Source: Candidatus Heimdallarchaeota archaeon (lineage in GTDB: Archaea > Asgardarchaeota > Heimdallarchaeia > Heimdallarchaeales > Heimdallarchaeaceae). Taken from it: DNA of 64,000 bases. Location of the stretch: positions 32,001 through 96,000 of the forward strand of contig JAUVXV010000009.1 of NCBI GenBank assembly GCA_030603365.1, given 5' to 3'. A program made the translations under genes and the position numbers. Below are positions 55,520-64,000 of this stretch, one piece after another (the stretch's first letter is position 1; each line of letters starts with the position of its first letter). The notes under the pieces are model-generated. The model was not told the DNA's origin, searched no databases, and saw only the letters and a list, made by a program, of their open reading frames with translations.

Positions 55520-56587
55520 TCAAGCAACTTTATTTCTCCTAAAGACCAAAACTAAACCAGTTAATATCAAGAAGCTTATTGCTGAAACAATCAGAAGCTC
55601 ATTTTGAGACACTAAGGGGAGATTTACCCAAGAACCTATTAGTGGATCAATTGTTGGTGAGTCTAATCCTGTTAATATGCCAGATAAGCCAATTTTTGGA
55701 TCATGAATGATATCACTTCCTCTCGGATAGTTAAAATACATTCTGTAGTCTTCTCCATCGTATTCCAGAGGAGTTACTTTTACTTCATATTCAACATCAT
55801 CTACTGTTACTGTTTCTATCCAAGAGAAGAATCCACTGTAATCGGCTAGATTTACTTCTATCTCGTGTTCATCATCCGAATAACCATATTCTTCATCTTC
55901 TGTCTCTTCATCATCTTCATAATCAACATCTAGTTCAGACTCGAGTTCTACTTTGAGAGCTAGTTGTGTGTCAAGCTCATCATAATCAAAATCATGAATA
56001 CCGATGTCTATTTTCATCTGAGTAGGAGCTATAACAACTCCAGAAATATTTGCAAAATCACCTGTAATATAAAGTGTAGAAGTAAATATGTCATCTGTTG
56101 TTTCGATAAAGAAAACATGAACTGTTTCATTATCAATTGTTTCAGTAGTATAGATTATAGGCTTGAAATCATCAAGTTCGAGGGTTTTAATCACATCATC
56201 TGATGCATTATAAATCCCATCTGAACTGAGATCTCTAAATTCAATGATTTCAGTGAACCTCACTTCGAATTCTATTTCAGTTTCTAGCGTATCATTGTCC
56301 TCTTCAAACTCTAATTCAATCACTAAACCATCTGACCCAACTGTAACCTGAATCTGGAATTCATTGTCTATACCGTTATTTTCTATTGAAGACGAGATTG
56401 TGACTTCATATGGAGCATATTCAATATCGACTTCTCTCCTATTTTCATCTTCAGTTTCATCATCTATTCCATCTTCATCTTCATCTTCATGTGCGGTTAC
56501 TGGCAAGTAAAGAAATGCAGAAAACACTAAAACTACTATTAATCCTCCTAAGAATAGTTTTTGTTTGTTTAGTAGTTTCGATTTCAT
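55520..56587 (-). CDS. Acidic secreted, C-terminally anchored surface protein (paralog A)
   Basis: Signal peptide, D/E-rich N-terminus, YPRGSDIIHDPKIG, C-terminal TM plus RRNK. Confidence 0.8.
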   Translation of the reverse strand: MKSKLLNKQKLFLGGLIVVLVFSAFLYLPVTAHEDEDEDGIDDETEDENRREVDIEYAPYEVTISSSIENNGIDNEFQIQVTVGSDGLVIELEFEEDNDTLETEIEFEVRFTEIIEFRDLSSDGIYNASDDVIKTLELDDFKPIIYTTETIDNETVHVFFIETTDDIFTSTLYITGDFANISGVVIAPTQMKIDIGIHDFDYDELDTQLALKVELESELDVDYEDDEETEDEEYGYSDDEHEIEVNLADYSGFFSWIETVTVDDVEYEVKVTPLEYDGEDYRMYFNYPRGSDIIHDPKIGLSGILTGLDSPTIDPLIGSWVNLPLVSQNELLIVSAISFLILTGLVLVFRRNKVA

Positions 56588-56647
56588 TTTTCTGTCACCA
56601 GATTTCTGCTTAATCCTATTTTATATAGAGTAAATAAATAGCTTAGC

Positions 56648-56685
56648 TTATAATATTCTGTAGTTTTAATTATAATTTTCTGTAG
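56648..56685. promoter_or_regulatory. Two operator-like 16-bp boxes, 22 bp apart, upstream of paralog A
   Basis: TTATAATATTCTGTAG (56648) and TTATAATTTTCTGTAG (56670). Confidence 0.6.
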
Positions 56686-56727
56686 AATCATGTTCTAACG
56701 TCCTAAAAAGAAAAAAAAGAAGAGATA

Positions 56728-57774
56728 TTATCTCTTAAATCTTTTACGAAAGACTAAAACTAAACTAGTAAGTGTTAGTATAGTAGCAGCTGATATGATT
56801 AGTAAATTGTTATCTCCTAAGAAGGAAGTATTAATCTGAAGTAGGTTAGATACACCAATTTTAGGATCATGAATGATTTCTGTACCTCTTGGATAGTTTA
56901 GATACATTTTGTTCTCTTCCAAAACCATTTCTAAAGGAGTAACTTTAACATCTACTTCTACACCATCGACCATTGCTGTTTCAATCCAAGAGAAGAATCC
57001 AGCATATTGCTCTAAACTAATTTCTATTTCCAGTTCATCTTCTGCATGGCCATATTCTTCATCTTCAGTCTCATCATCTTCCTCATAATCGACTTCTTGT
57101 TCTGATTCAAATTGAACTTTAAGTGCTAGTTGAGTATCAAGTTCAGTATAATTGAAGTTATGAATCCCCACATCTACCTTCACTTGCGTTGGAGCTACTA
57201 TAACACCTTCAATATCAGCAAATTCACCTGTGGCATAAAGAGTAGCAGTAAATACTTTATCTGTAGTTTCAACAAACAGAACATGTACTGTTGCATTGTT
57301 TATTATTTCGACTGTATATTGAATGGGTTTGAAATCATCTAGTTTTAACACTTGAATTACCTCGTCTGAATCATTATAGATTCCATCTGCATTGAGATCT
57401 CTAAATTCAACAATTTCTCTGATTTTAACTTGAAATTCTATCTCTGTTTCAACTGTGTCGTTGTCTTCCTCAAATTCTAATTCAAGTATTAGACCATCAG
57501 ACCCAACTTTAACCTGAACTTGGAATTCATTTTCTATTCCATTATTTTGTATCGAAGATTCTATCTGTACTTCATAATCAGAATATTCAACATGAACTTC
57601 TCGTTCGTTTTCATCTTCTATTCCATCTTCTATTCCATCATCATCTTCATCATCACCATCACTGTCTGCTAAAGCAGGCATGTACATGAAAGATGAGATG
57701 ACTAATATTGCTACTAAACCACTCAAAAGCAGTTTTTGTTTGTATTTCAGTTGTGCTTTCATTGTTTTGAACAC
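56728..57774 (-). CDS. Acidic secreted, C-terminally anchored surface protein (paralog B)
   Basis: Collinear with and highly similar to 55520-56587 (VGSDGL, EFEEDNDT, DDFKPI, VVIA/VIVAPTQ, ELDTQLALKV, GFFSWIET, IIHDPKIG). Confidence 0.8.
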   Translation of the reverse strand: MFKTMKAQLKYKQKLLLSGLVAILVISSFMYMPALADSDGDDEDDDGIEDGIEDENEREVHVEYSDYEVQIESSIQNNGIENEFQVQVKVGSDGLILELEFEEDNDTVETEIEFQVKIREIVEFRDLNADGIYNDSDEVIQVLKLDDFKPIQYTVEIINNATVHVLFVETTDKVFTATLYATGEFADIEGVIVAPTQVKVDVGIHNFNYTELDTQLALKVQFESEQEVDYEEDDETEDEEYGHAEDELEIEISLEQYAGFFSWIETAMVDGVEVDVKVTPLEMVLEENKMYLNYPRGTEIIHDPKIGVSNLLQINTSFLGDNNLLIISAATILTLTSLVLVFRKRFKR

Positions 57775-57823
57775 CTTTTTTCTTGTGGCTTAAATTGCTG
57801 AAACGCTCAATAAATAGATTAAC

Positions 57824-57883
57824 TTATTCCGAATTGTAGTTCGGGCTACAAAATGAGGTATATTTAACTACACTTTTCTGTAG
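57824..57883. promoter_or_regulatory. Three operator-like boxes (CTACA-N6-TGTAG type), 22-bp phasing, upstream of paralog B
   Basis: TTATTCCGAATTGTAG (57824), CTACAAAATGAGGTAT (57846), CTACACTTTTCTGTAG (57868). Confidence 0.55.
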
Positions 57884-57924
57884 GAACAAAGTTTTACAAT
57901 CTCTAACTAATTTTCTTAATATGT

Positions 57925-58758
57925 TTACAAAAGAATGAAAATGAGGGTGAAAATTTGAGCATAACTTACAATCATAGCAATAAGTGCAGATTTCTCAACT
58001 GAAAGCTCTTTTATTTCTCCAACTGCAGTAATTATAATCAAGAAACTCCAGATTTGAAAAACTCCATGAAGAATTAGAAGCACTATTGATGGCACAACTA
58101 TTGCTGTTCCACTAGCCCAACCTATGATGCCAACAATCACTGTAAATAGAAATGAAGGTAAGAAAATTAGATTTGTTACGTTGATCAATGGAAATGTATT
58201 CTTATTTTTCTTGAAAGCGAATCTACTTAGAATTTCTGTGAAACCTGCGATAAATATCCAACTTCCAAGAAGACTGATATAACCAAGCCACAGAGGAACT
58301 TCATAGGAGATAACGAAGTTTCCAACAATAAGTATTTTACTTCCCCATCCAATGAACACACTTATTCCTGCTAGAATAACAAATTCAATTAATGCATGAA
58401 CAGGATTTTTTGCAAAGAATCTAATCAATGGAGCTAGACTAAATTTCCATATGCTGAATACTTTAGGTTTTTCAGTTTCTTCAAAAACCTCATATTCTGG
58501 TTTTTCCTTGCCCTTGAGGATATTTAGAGCTTTTACGCCATCTTCTGATAAGAAATACTTCTTATTATCCCCTTGATATACGAACTGTTTCATCTGACGA
58601 AGATGATGATAAAGAGGACCAGATTTAAGCTCGAAAGTTTCTGTAAGGTCAGTATATGTCGCTCCCCCTATTTCTTCAATGAACTCAAGAATCCTTCTCC
58701 TAATTGGATTAGAAAGAGCAGTAAACAATGCTTCTTCAATTTTAGAATCTTGAGACAT
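57925..58758 (-). CDS. ArsR-like wHTH regulator fused to a multi-TM (Yip1-like) membrane domain
   Basis: LFTALSNPIRRRILEFI...TYTDL...SGPLYHHLRQM...YFLSEDG, then about 6 TM helices. Alternative GTG start at 58770. Confidence 0.82.
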   Translation of the reverse strand: MSQDSKIEEALFTALSNPIRRRILEFIEEIGGATYTDLTETFELKSGPLYHHLRQMKQFVYQGDNKKYFLSEDGVKALNILKGKEKPEYEVFEETEKPKVFSIWKFSLAPLIRFFAKNPVHALIEFVILAGISVFIGWGSKILIVGNFVISYEVPLWLGYISLLGSWIFIAGFTEILSRFAFKKNKNTFPLINVTNLIFLPSFLFTVIVGIIGWASGTAIVVPSIVLLILHGVFQIWSFLIIITAVGEIKELSVEKSALIAMIVSYAQIFTLIFILL

Positions 58759-58771
58759 ATCTATCAACACT

Positions 58772-58787
58772 ATGTAATATTTTGTAG
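58772..58787. promoter_or_regulatory. Operator-like box upstream of the wHTH-TM regulator
   Basis: ATGTAATATTTTGTAG, 13/16 identical to the 56648 box. Confidence 0.4.
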
Positions 58788-58810
58788 TCTCTCATAATAT
58801 TTAGACTTTT

Positions 58811-61800
58811 TCAATCACCGAAATTGCAGAAAGATAATAGCTCTGTAAGTCCCAATCTTTCTAATTCTTCTCCTCTAGGACATCCAGTTTCAGGATTATA
58901 ATTCCTATACTCATACCATTCTTTTAGCTGGATTTGAATATCTGGAGAATTACCTTCTGTTGGACCATCTAGTCTTTGTCTCATGACATTGGGTAGAACT
59001 TGAAGTTCAGGTTTCCACCCCAGTCTTAGATTAATGATTCGTTTAAGAGCGTAAATTCTATCTCCTAATAGAATTAAGTCTTTGGATGTATATGATTTGT
59101 TAACTGCCATTCCAAGCAAATCTGCTACTAACGGAGCTGGGGGATTATAAAAAACGCATATGGTCATTGCATTATACAATTGCCTATAGCTTTGAAGATT
59201 GGCCATTTGTTTTGCTATTCCACTGCTTTCAAATCTACTATCTGGCAAATTATCTATCCCTATTTCAGGAAAAGTTGCTCCTTGCTGTACAAGGTAAGCA
59301 TCACCATTATTATGGCATGCTCCTCTTGGACTTGTAAGATACTGAATTGCCCATCCACTAAATGCTCTTGGGTCATGGAATGGTGCTTCTAATCCAGCAA
59401 CTTGTGGAGCTATTGCTGTATAAAGGTAATTTTCTGCCAAAACCTTACTACCTTCTGCTAATAAGTTCCCTATACCTTCACGTTTAGTAATCATATCAAG
59501 CAAAGTAAGTAATGTATCTGCGTTCCCAAAACTCAAATCTAGTTCTTCAGGTAATGCTTCAGAAGGGATATAATTCTTAGATACAAGATCAAGCAGTACT
59601 CCGATAGTTGTACCAGCAGAAATTGTATCCATACCATAATCATTTGCTCTGTAAGTTGCAAATGATACAGCTTCTAAATCTCCTATTTTCAGATTTGTCC
59701 CAAATGCTCCTAATGTTTCATATTCAGGACCCTTAGTTCGAGGAAGTTTATACTTCCCTTCTGGTATTTCGATGATCCTGCCACATCCAATCGGACAACG
59801 ATAACATGCATATCTTCCTACAAGTATAGTTTCCTTAATAGAAGCTCCAGAAAGATTAGATGCTTCATCAAACTTAGATTCAGACCAATTACGTATTGGC
59901 AAATCTCCATACATGTCTATTGCAACATCGAGATAACCAGCAGTACCAAGTTCTTTAGTGAGTTCAACCATAAAATCTTCTTTTATTGATTCATATGCTT
60001 CTCTTGATTTTTCTTTAAACTCTTTAGGTAATAGAAATTCTTTGTTTGATCCTTTTACAACTATTGCTTTTAGTTTTTTTGATCCCATTACGGCTCCTAG
60101 ACCAGTTCTTCCAACTGCTCTACCTTCATCATTCATAATAGAAGCATATTTCACAAGATTTTCTCCAGCTTGACCTATACACGCAATCTTGAATTTTCTG
60201 TCTCCAAGTTCATCTAGAATCTTTTCATGAGTAGCAAATGTTCCTAATCCCCAAAGCTCCGATGCATCTCTGATTTCTACCTTATCATCTTCAATCAGAA
60301 GATAAACAGGCTTATCTGACGCTCCTTCAAGGATTATGCTATCATATCCTGCAAATTTTAATTCAGGACCAAAATTTCCTCCTGAGTTTGCTTCACCCCA
60401 GAATCCTGTTAATGGTGAACGAGAACAAACTGTAAATCTTCCCGCACAAGAAGTGGGCAAACCTGTCAGGGGTCCAGTCATAAAGATTAAGATATTTTCA
60501 GGTGATAGAGCATCAACATTTCTTGTATTCAAAAATTTGAAATAATAATGTGCACCTAATCCACTTCCACCTACAAAATCCTTTGCCGCATCCATATCTA
60601 GTGGTTCTGTTGAAGATGTGTGATTTGAGAGATTTACCTTAAGTACTAAGTTCCGATAGCCTCCTCTCACAAAATCAGCCATTTCATAAAACATGGATTC
60701 TATTGTTTCATTTGATAATTCTCTTGGATTGACTAAAGATCCTGTGTCATTGAGTGCAAAATCACAGAGAAGTTCCATATTTTCCTGTAGTTGAGAATAG
60801 GTGACTCCAAAATCCTTCAGAGTTGTTTTTAATCCGATATCTGTAATTAATTCTTCTACTTTTAGTACTAGTTTTTCTGCTCCTTCTCTCGGTGAATCGA
60901 ACTCGATTCCGATTGCATGAGCTATCTCTGAATAGTGTTGAGCAGTTTTTTCTTCTTCCAGACAGAATTTCATCATGTGAGGTAGAGCAACAGCAATTAT
61001 CTCTCCATGAGGTATATTTAATATCGCACCTGCTGAATGAGCTAAAGAATGGGTTCCTCCAATTTGACTATTCCCAATAGCTATTCCTGCCATAGTAGCA
61101 GCATTGTGCATTTTTTCTCTATAATCAAAATTATTTCCCTCTTTCACTACTTTTGGAAGATATTCAAATACATGTTTAATAGCTTGAATAGCCATAGCAT
61201 CCGCAAAGTCATTCTTCCAGTCTATTGTATATGCTTCAATTGCATGGGCTAAAACATCCATCCCTGTTGAAGCGGTTAAACCTGGTGGAAGTTTGATAGT
61301 TAGTGAAGGATCAACAATGTCAATATCAGGAATTAAATCTCTATGAGCTAGACTCAATTTCTGTTTAGTTTCAGGATCTGTTATAATTATTGCCCAATTT
61401 GCATCTGAACCTGTTCCACTTGTCGTGGGGATTGTTATCAATCTAGCTTTATTTCGTAAAGGTAAAGGATCTTCAGGAAAAACGCTGTCTATACTCATAT
61501 CAGGATTTTCATAGAATACCCAGATTGATTTCGCACAGTCAATTACTGATCCTCCTCCGATTGCAACTATCCAGTCCACTTCTTCCTTCTGAGCTAGATC
61601 AGCACCTGCTTTAGCCATTGGTATAGATGGTTCATAATCAACTTGATCAAATATTGTTATCTTGAATTCATTTTCTTCTAAAAAACTAATAGCCTTTTGA
61701 GGAATACCTAAGTCTAGAAGAACTTTATCAGTTACAATAAGTGCACTTTTACCCTTAATTTCTTTTAATTCATCTAGTGAATCTTCCCCGAAAACTATTT

Positions 61801-61825
61801 TTCGTGGAGCACAATAAAACCACAT
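58811..61825 (-). CDS. Fusion of an iron-containing alcohol dehydrogenase (N-terminal ~381 aa) and a W/Mo aldehyde:ferredoxin oxidoreductase (C-terminal ~623 aa)
   Basis: ADH part: IGGGSVID, PTTSGTGS, DVLAHAIE, HSLAH, PHG. AOR part: GGY..VLKVNLS, SPLTG, AGYD, IGQAGENLV, GRTGLGAVMGSKKLKAI, CYRCPIGC, GPEYET, NDYGMDTIS, RGACH, ICVF. Single uninterrupted frame. Alternative TTG start at 61831. Confidence 0.93.
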   Translation of the reverse strand: MWFYCAPRKIVFGEDSLDELKEIKGKSALIVTDKVLLDLGIPQKAISFLEENEFKITIFDQVDYEPSIPMAKAGADLAQKEEVDWIVAIGGGSVIDCAKSIWVFYENPDMSIDSVFPEDPLPLRNKARLITIPTTSGTGSDANWAIIITDPETKQKLSLAHRDLIPDIDIVDPSLTIKLPPGLTASTGMDVLAHAIEAYTIDWKNDFADAMAIQAIKHVFEYLPKVVKEGNNFDYREKMHNAATMAGIAIGNSQIGGTHSLAHSAGAILNIPHGEIIAVALPHMMKFCLEEEKTAQHYSEIAHAIGIEFDSPREGAEKLVLKVEELITDIGLKTTLKDFGVTYSQLQENMELLCDFALNDTGSLVNPRELSNETIESMFYEMADFVRGGYRNLVLKVNLSNHTSSTEPLDMDAAKDFVGGSGLGAHYYFKFLNTRNVDALSPENILIFMTGPLTGLPTSCAGRFTVCSRSPLTGFWGEANSGGNFGPELKFAGYDSIILEGASDKPVYLLIEDDKVEIRDASELWGLGTFATHEKILDELGDRKFKIACIGQAGENLVKYASIMNDEGRAVGRTGLGAVMGSKKLKAIVVKGSNKEFLLPKEFKEKSREAYESIKEDFMVELTKELGTAGYLDVAIDMYGDLPIRNWSESKFDEASNLSGASIKETILVGRYACYRCPIGCGRIIEIPEGKYKLPRTKGPEYETLGAFGTNLKIGDLEAVSFATYRANDYGMDTISAGTTIGVLLDLVSKNYIPSEALPEELDLSFGNADTLLTLLDMITKREGIGNLLAEGSKVLAENYLYTAIAPQVAGLEAPFHDPRAFSGWAIQYLTSPRGACHNNGDAYLVQQGATFPEIGIDNLPDSRFESSGIAKQMANLQSYRQLYNAMTICVFYNPPAPLVADLLGMAVNKSYTSKDLILLGDRIYALKRIINLRLGWKPELQVLPNVMRQRLDGPTEGNSPDIQIQLKEWYEYRNYNPETGCPRGEELERLGLTELLSFCNFGD

Positions 61826-61857
61826 AATCAAATATTAAAAAAGGTAGAATAAAAATG

Positions 61858-62277
61858 TTATAGAAATTCTGTTGGAACTTTCTGTGCTGAATTAACCAAT
61901 TCTTTTGCAGCTTTGGTTGCTCGCATGACTTTTCCTTTGTCACCAACAAGTTTGAATTTTCTAGTAAGGATTCCTTTGATTGGATCTAATTCTCCATTAA
62001 TTACTTTCAACCAATTAGAATAGGTACCTTTATACTCAAATTCAGTTTTAGGTCCTTCTTGTCCTTCCTCAAAATAATCCACACTTCTACAATCGCCATG
62101 CCAGAGGTCAAGATAATATGTGTGTTGTTTATCTAGTTTATCATCTGGTTCGATTACAAATAGAAAGTCACCTTCCCACGTTTTAGCTGCTTCCTTGTAG
62201 TCTGGTGAGTTGTTAAGAACTTCCATGAATTTTTCTATCCATTCTCTACTTGGAAATTTTGCTGTCATCATAAACAC
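61858..62277 (-). CDS. SCP2 sterol/lipid-binding domain protein
   Basis: FPSREW..LN..YKEAAKTWEGDF, YLDLWHGDC, GTYSNW..VINGELDPIKGIL..KFKLVGD. Confidence 0.88.
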   Translation of the reverse strand: MFMMTAKFPSREWIEKFMEVLNNSPDYKEAAKTWEGDFLFVIEPDDKLDKQHTYYLDLWHGDCRSVDYFEEGQEGPKTEFEYKGTYSNWLKVINGELDPIKGILTRKFKLVGDKGKVMRATKAAKELVNSAQKVPTEFL

Positions 62278-62386
62278 CGTTCATTTAATGTTATTGCTGT
62301 TGCTTCTTAGCTTGTTTTTAAATATTATTTAATGCAAATATAATACTTTAAGAATCATCTAGAAATCTTGAAGTATTGGATTAGAT

Positions 62387-62719
62387 ATGACTTCTGATAT
62401 ACCTGATTGGATTAAAGAGTGGATACAAAAAGATAGATTAGTGCGAAACAAATTCAAGATAAGTCACAAGTATGTGAGTCACCCCAAAAGAATCCAATTC
62501 ATGAAAGGGGAAAAAGATGACCAAGACAATTGGATTTCTTTCAAGTATATGATTATTTCAACTAAATATGGCAAATATTGGGTAAGGTACACTAACGGAT
62601 TGTATGAGTGTTCTTGCCCTTTTTTCAAACATCGAGGTATTTGTTCCCATATCTTTGGGGTATGTCAAGTTACAAATGTCTGGCCTGACAAAGAATTACT
62701 TTTTCCTTCGAAAATTTAG
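62387..62719 (+). CDS. SWIM zinc-finger protein
   Basis: KYWVRY...YECSCPFFKHRGICSHI (CxC...CxH). Confidence 0.85.
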   Translation: MTSDIPDWIKEWIQKDRLVRNKFKISHKYVSHPKRIQFMKGEKDDQDNWISFKYMIISTKYGKYWVRYTNGLYECSCPFFKHRGICSHIFGVCQVTNVWPDKELLFPSKI

Positions 62720-62765
62720 ATATGTTGATAAGAGATGAATGTTATACTGTAACTAAGGTGGTTTC

Positions 62766-63545
62766 TTGGCGCAACTCTTAGGGATTTGCAGTGAAGATGA
62801 AATAGAAATAGATTTTGAGTTTAAAGGTTCAGCAGGATATGGCGACAAAAATCCTGATGGTTGGGGATATGCCTACTCCAAAAAAGATTATTGGGTAATT
62901 GATAAAGAACCTTTTGAGGAAAATCAATTTGACAAAAAGGAATTTTCATTACGCTTTCCTGCAAATTTTTTCAGTAATTTACTCATTTCTCATATTCGAT
63001 TTGCTTCAAAAGGAAGAAAGACTCTAGAAAATACTCACCCTTTTACTCAAGAGTTATTTGATAAAAAATGGATTTTTGCTCATTCAGGTCATCTCCGAAT
63101 GTACAGACATGTTCTAGAAAGTTCAGACTATCTCACTCCAAAAGGAGAAACAGATTCAGAAGAAGCATTCTGCTCGATTCTTGGAGAAGTAAAATCTTTG
63201 GGTCGTTTAGCTGCAGATAAAGAAATTGCTAAACGTGTTGAGAGAACCGCTGTTGAATTAACTAACCAAGGTGGATTAAATTTCCTTCTTTCCGATAGAG
63301 ACAAGATGTTTGCGTATTATTCTGGATATAAATCACTTTATTTTGCAGAACTTCGTCCCCCCCATGAGATTAATATTGTGGGAGAGAATAATCAGCTCTG
63401 GTTTACCCTTTTTGTAAAAGACCAAGATGTCCAAATTAGCATTGTTGCTTCTGAACCTGTAATTCCTGATATTCATTGGAAGGAACTTGATGTTAAAACT
63501 CTTTACACTTTTAAAAGTGGCAAAAGGTACAAATTTGTAATGTAG
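62766..63545 (+). CDS. Class II glutamine amidotransferase-fold protein (YafJ/EgtC-like), catalytic Cys absent
   Basis: NPDGWG, SHIRFAS, NTHPF, FAHSG, GETDSE, LNFLLSD, VASEP. N-terminus is MAQLLG instead of MCxLLG. Confidence 0.85.
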   Translation: MAQLLGICSEDEIEIDFEFKGSAGYGDKNPDGWGYAYSKKDYWVIDKEPFEENQFDKKEFSLRFPANFFSNLLISHIRFASKGRKTLENTHPFTQELFDKKWIFAHSGHLRMYRHVLESSDYLTPKGETDSEEAFCSILGEVKSLGRLAADKEIAKRVERTAVELTNQGGLNFLLSDRDKMFAYYSGYKSLYFAELRPPHEINIVGENNQLWFTLFVKDQDVQISIVASEPVIPDIHWKELDVKTLYTFKSGKRYKFVM

Positions 63546-63590
63546 GTTATTACTTATTCTTATTCAAACTCAAGTAATTTCTAAAATCCT

Positions 63591-64000
63591 TCATTGCATC
63601 AAGAGTTGCATTGCATCTAGATGCTTTCTTAATTCAGTTATCAAATTTGGAGAATGAGTATTTTTGTTGGTTTGCATATCTAAGTATGTTGAATTCTTAA
63701 TTAAACTAACAATCTTTCTTGTTTCCTCGATATTGTGCATTTTGTCAAGTTCTGCCCCAAATATGATGGTGTTTTGTTCGATTTGCTCATATAGATCGTA
63801 ATGCTCTCTCATTGAATGCTTTGCAACATTTTTCCATTTTTTCGCATTAGCTTCTTCTAGCAATCTAAGATATCTCTTAGCATGTTCTTCACTTTCAGAT
63901 TTCTTAGTTATCAACCAGGAACGGAGAAGTGGTTTGATTATAGTCAGTACAAAAGGAGGTGTGAATGGAATCATGTATCTAGTACCTTTAGGTAGAGCAA
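63591..64000 (-). CDS. C-terminal part of a probable alpha/beta-hydrolase-fold protein (runs off the window end)
   Basis: The frame stays open to the window edge (ALPKGTRYMIPF...). TIIFGAELDKMH and NKNTH resemble the acid and His regions. Confidence 0.55.
   Translation of the reverse strand, partial: ALPKGTRYMIPFTPPFVLTIIKPLLRSWLITKKSESEEHAKRYLRLLEEANAKKWKNVAKHSMREHYDLYEQIEQNTIIFGAELDKMHNIEETRKIVSLIKNSTYLDMQTNKNTHSPNLITELRKHLDAMQLLMQ

Noticed and set aside
55520-57774. Assembly duplication artefact
   Set aside because: The two genes differ throughout at synonymous and non-synonymous sites and in their termini, so they are true paralogues.
466-61252. Numerous short antisense or alternate-frame ORFs in the track (e.g. 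466-681, 798-1136, 1180-1398, 5199-5639, 28649-29191, 46518-46886)
   Set aside because: They almost all overlap well-supported genes, have shadow-ORF composition and show no recognisable motifs.

Overview
This 64 kb window is AT-rich, gene-dense archaeal chromosome. It is most likely from an Asgard archaeon, possibly Heimdallarchaeia-like; this is inferred from archaeal markers (rpoK, rpl44e, gatDE, NadM, archaeal CoaD, Ard1) occurring with three Ras-superfamily small GTPases (one Arf-like, two Rab-like) and MEMO1. It holds about 57 CDS and one tRNA-His. No rRNA, CRISPR array, integrase or transposase was found. The left part covers information processing. The middle and right parts cover heterotrophic functions (M32, C11 and M17 peptidases, GH31, PIG-L, nitroreductases, esterase, MFS) and membrane-anchored surface proteins. 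Most notable observations: (1) a flush fusion of an iron-containing alcohol dehydrogenase to an aldehyde:ferredoxin oxidoreductase, directly behind an SCP2 lipid-carrier gene; (2) a 1908-aa Lhr helicase with about three AlkZ/HTH_42-like modules, abutting a 779-aa partner built from two more such modules; (3) a tRNA-His with eukaryote-type identity features (A73, no encoded G-1); (4) an orphan secreted-protein gene flanked by a diverged 71-bp duplication of a Rab gene 3' end; (5) several intact-ORF pseudoenzymes (NSUN6-like, class II GATase, TM0106 nuclease domain); (6) a membrane-tethered wHTH regulator with 22-bp-phased operator-like boxes ahead of two paralogous surface proteins; (7) an unannotated zinc-ribbon microprotein. 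All family assignments come from motif recognition by eye; no searches were run.
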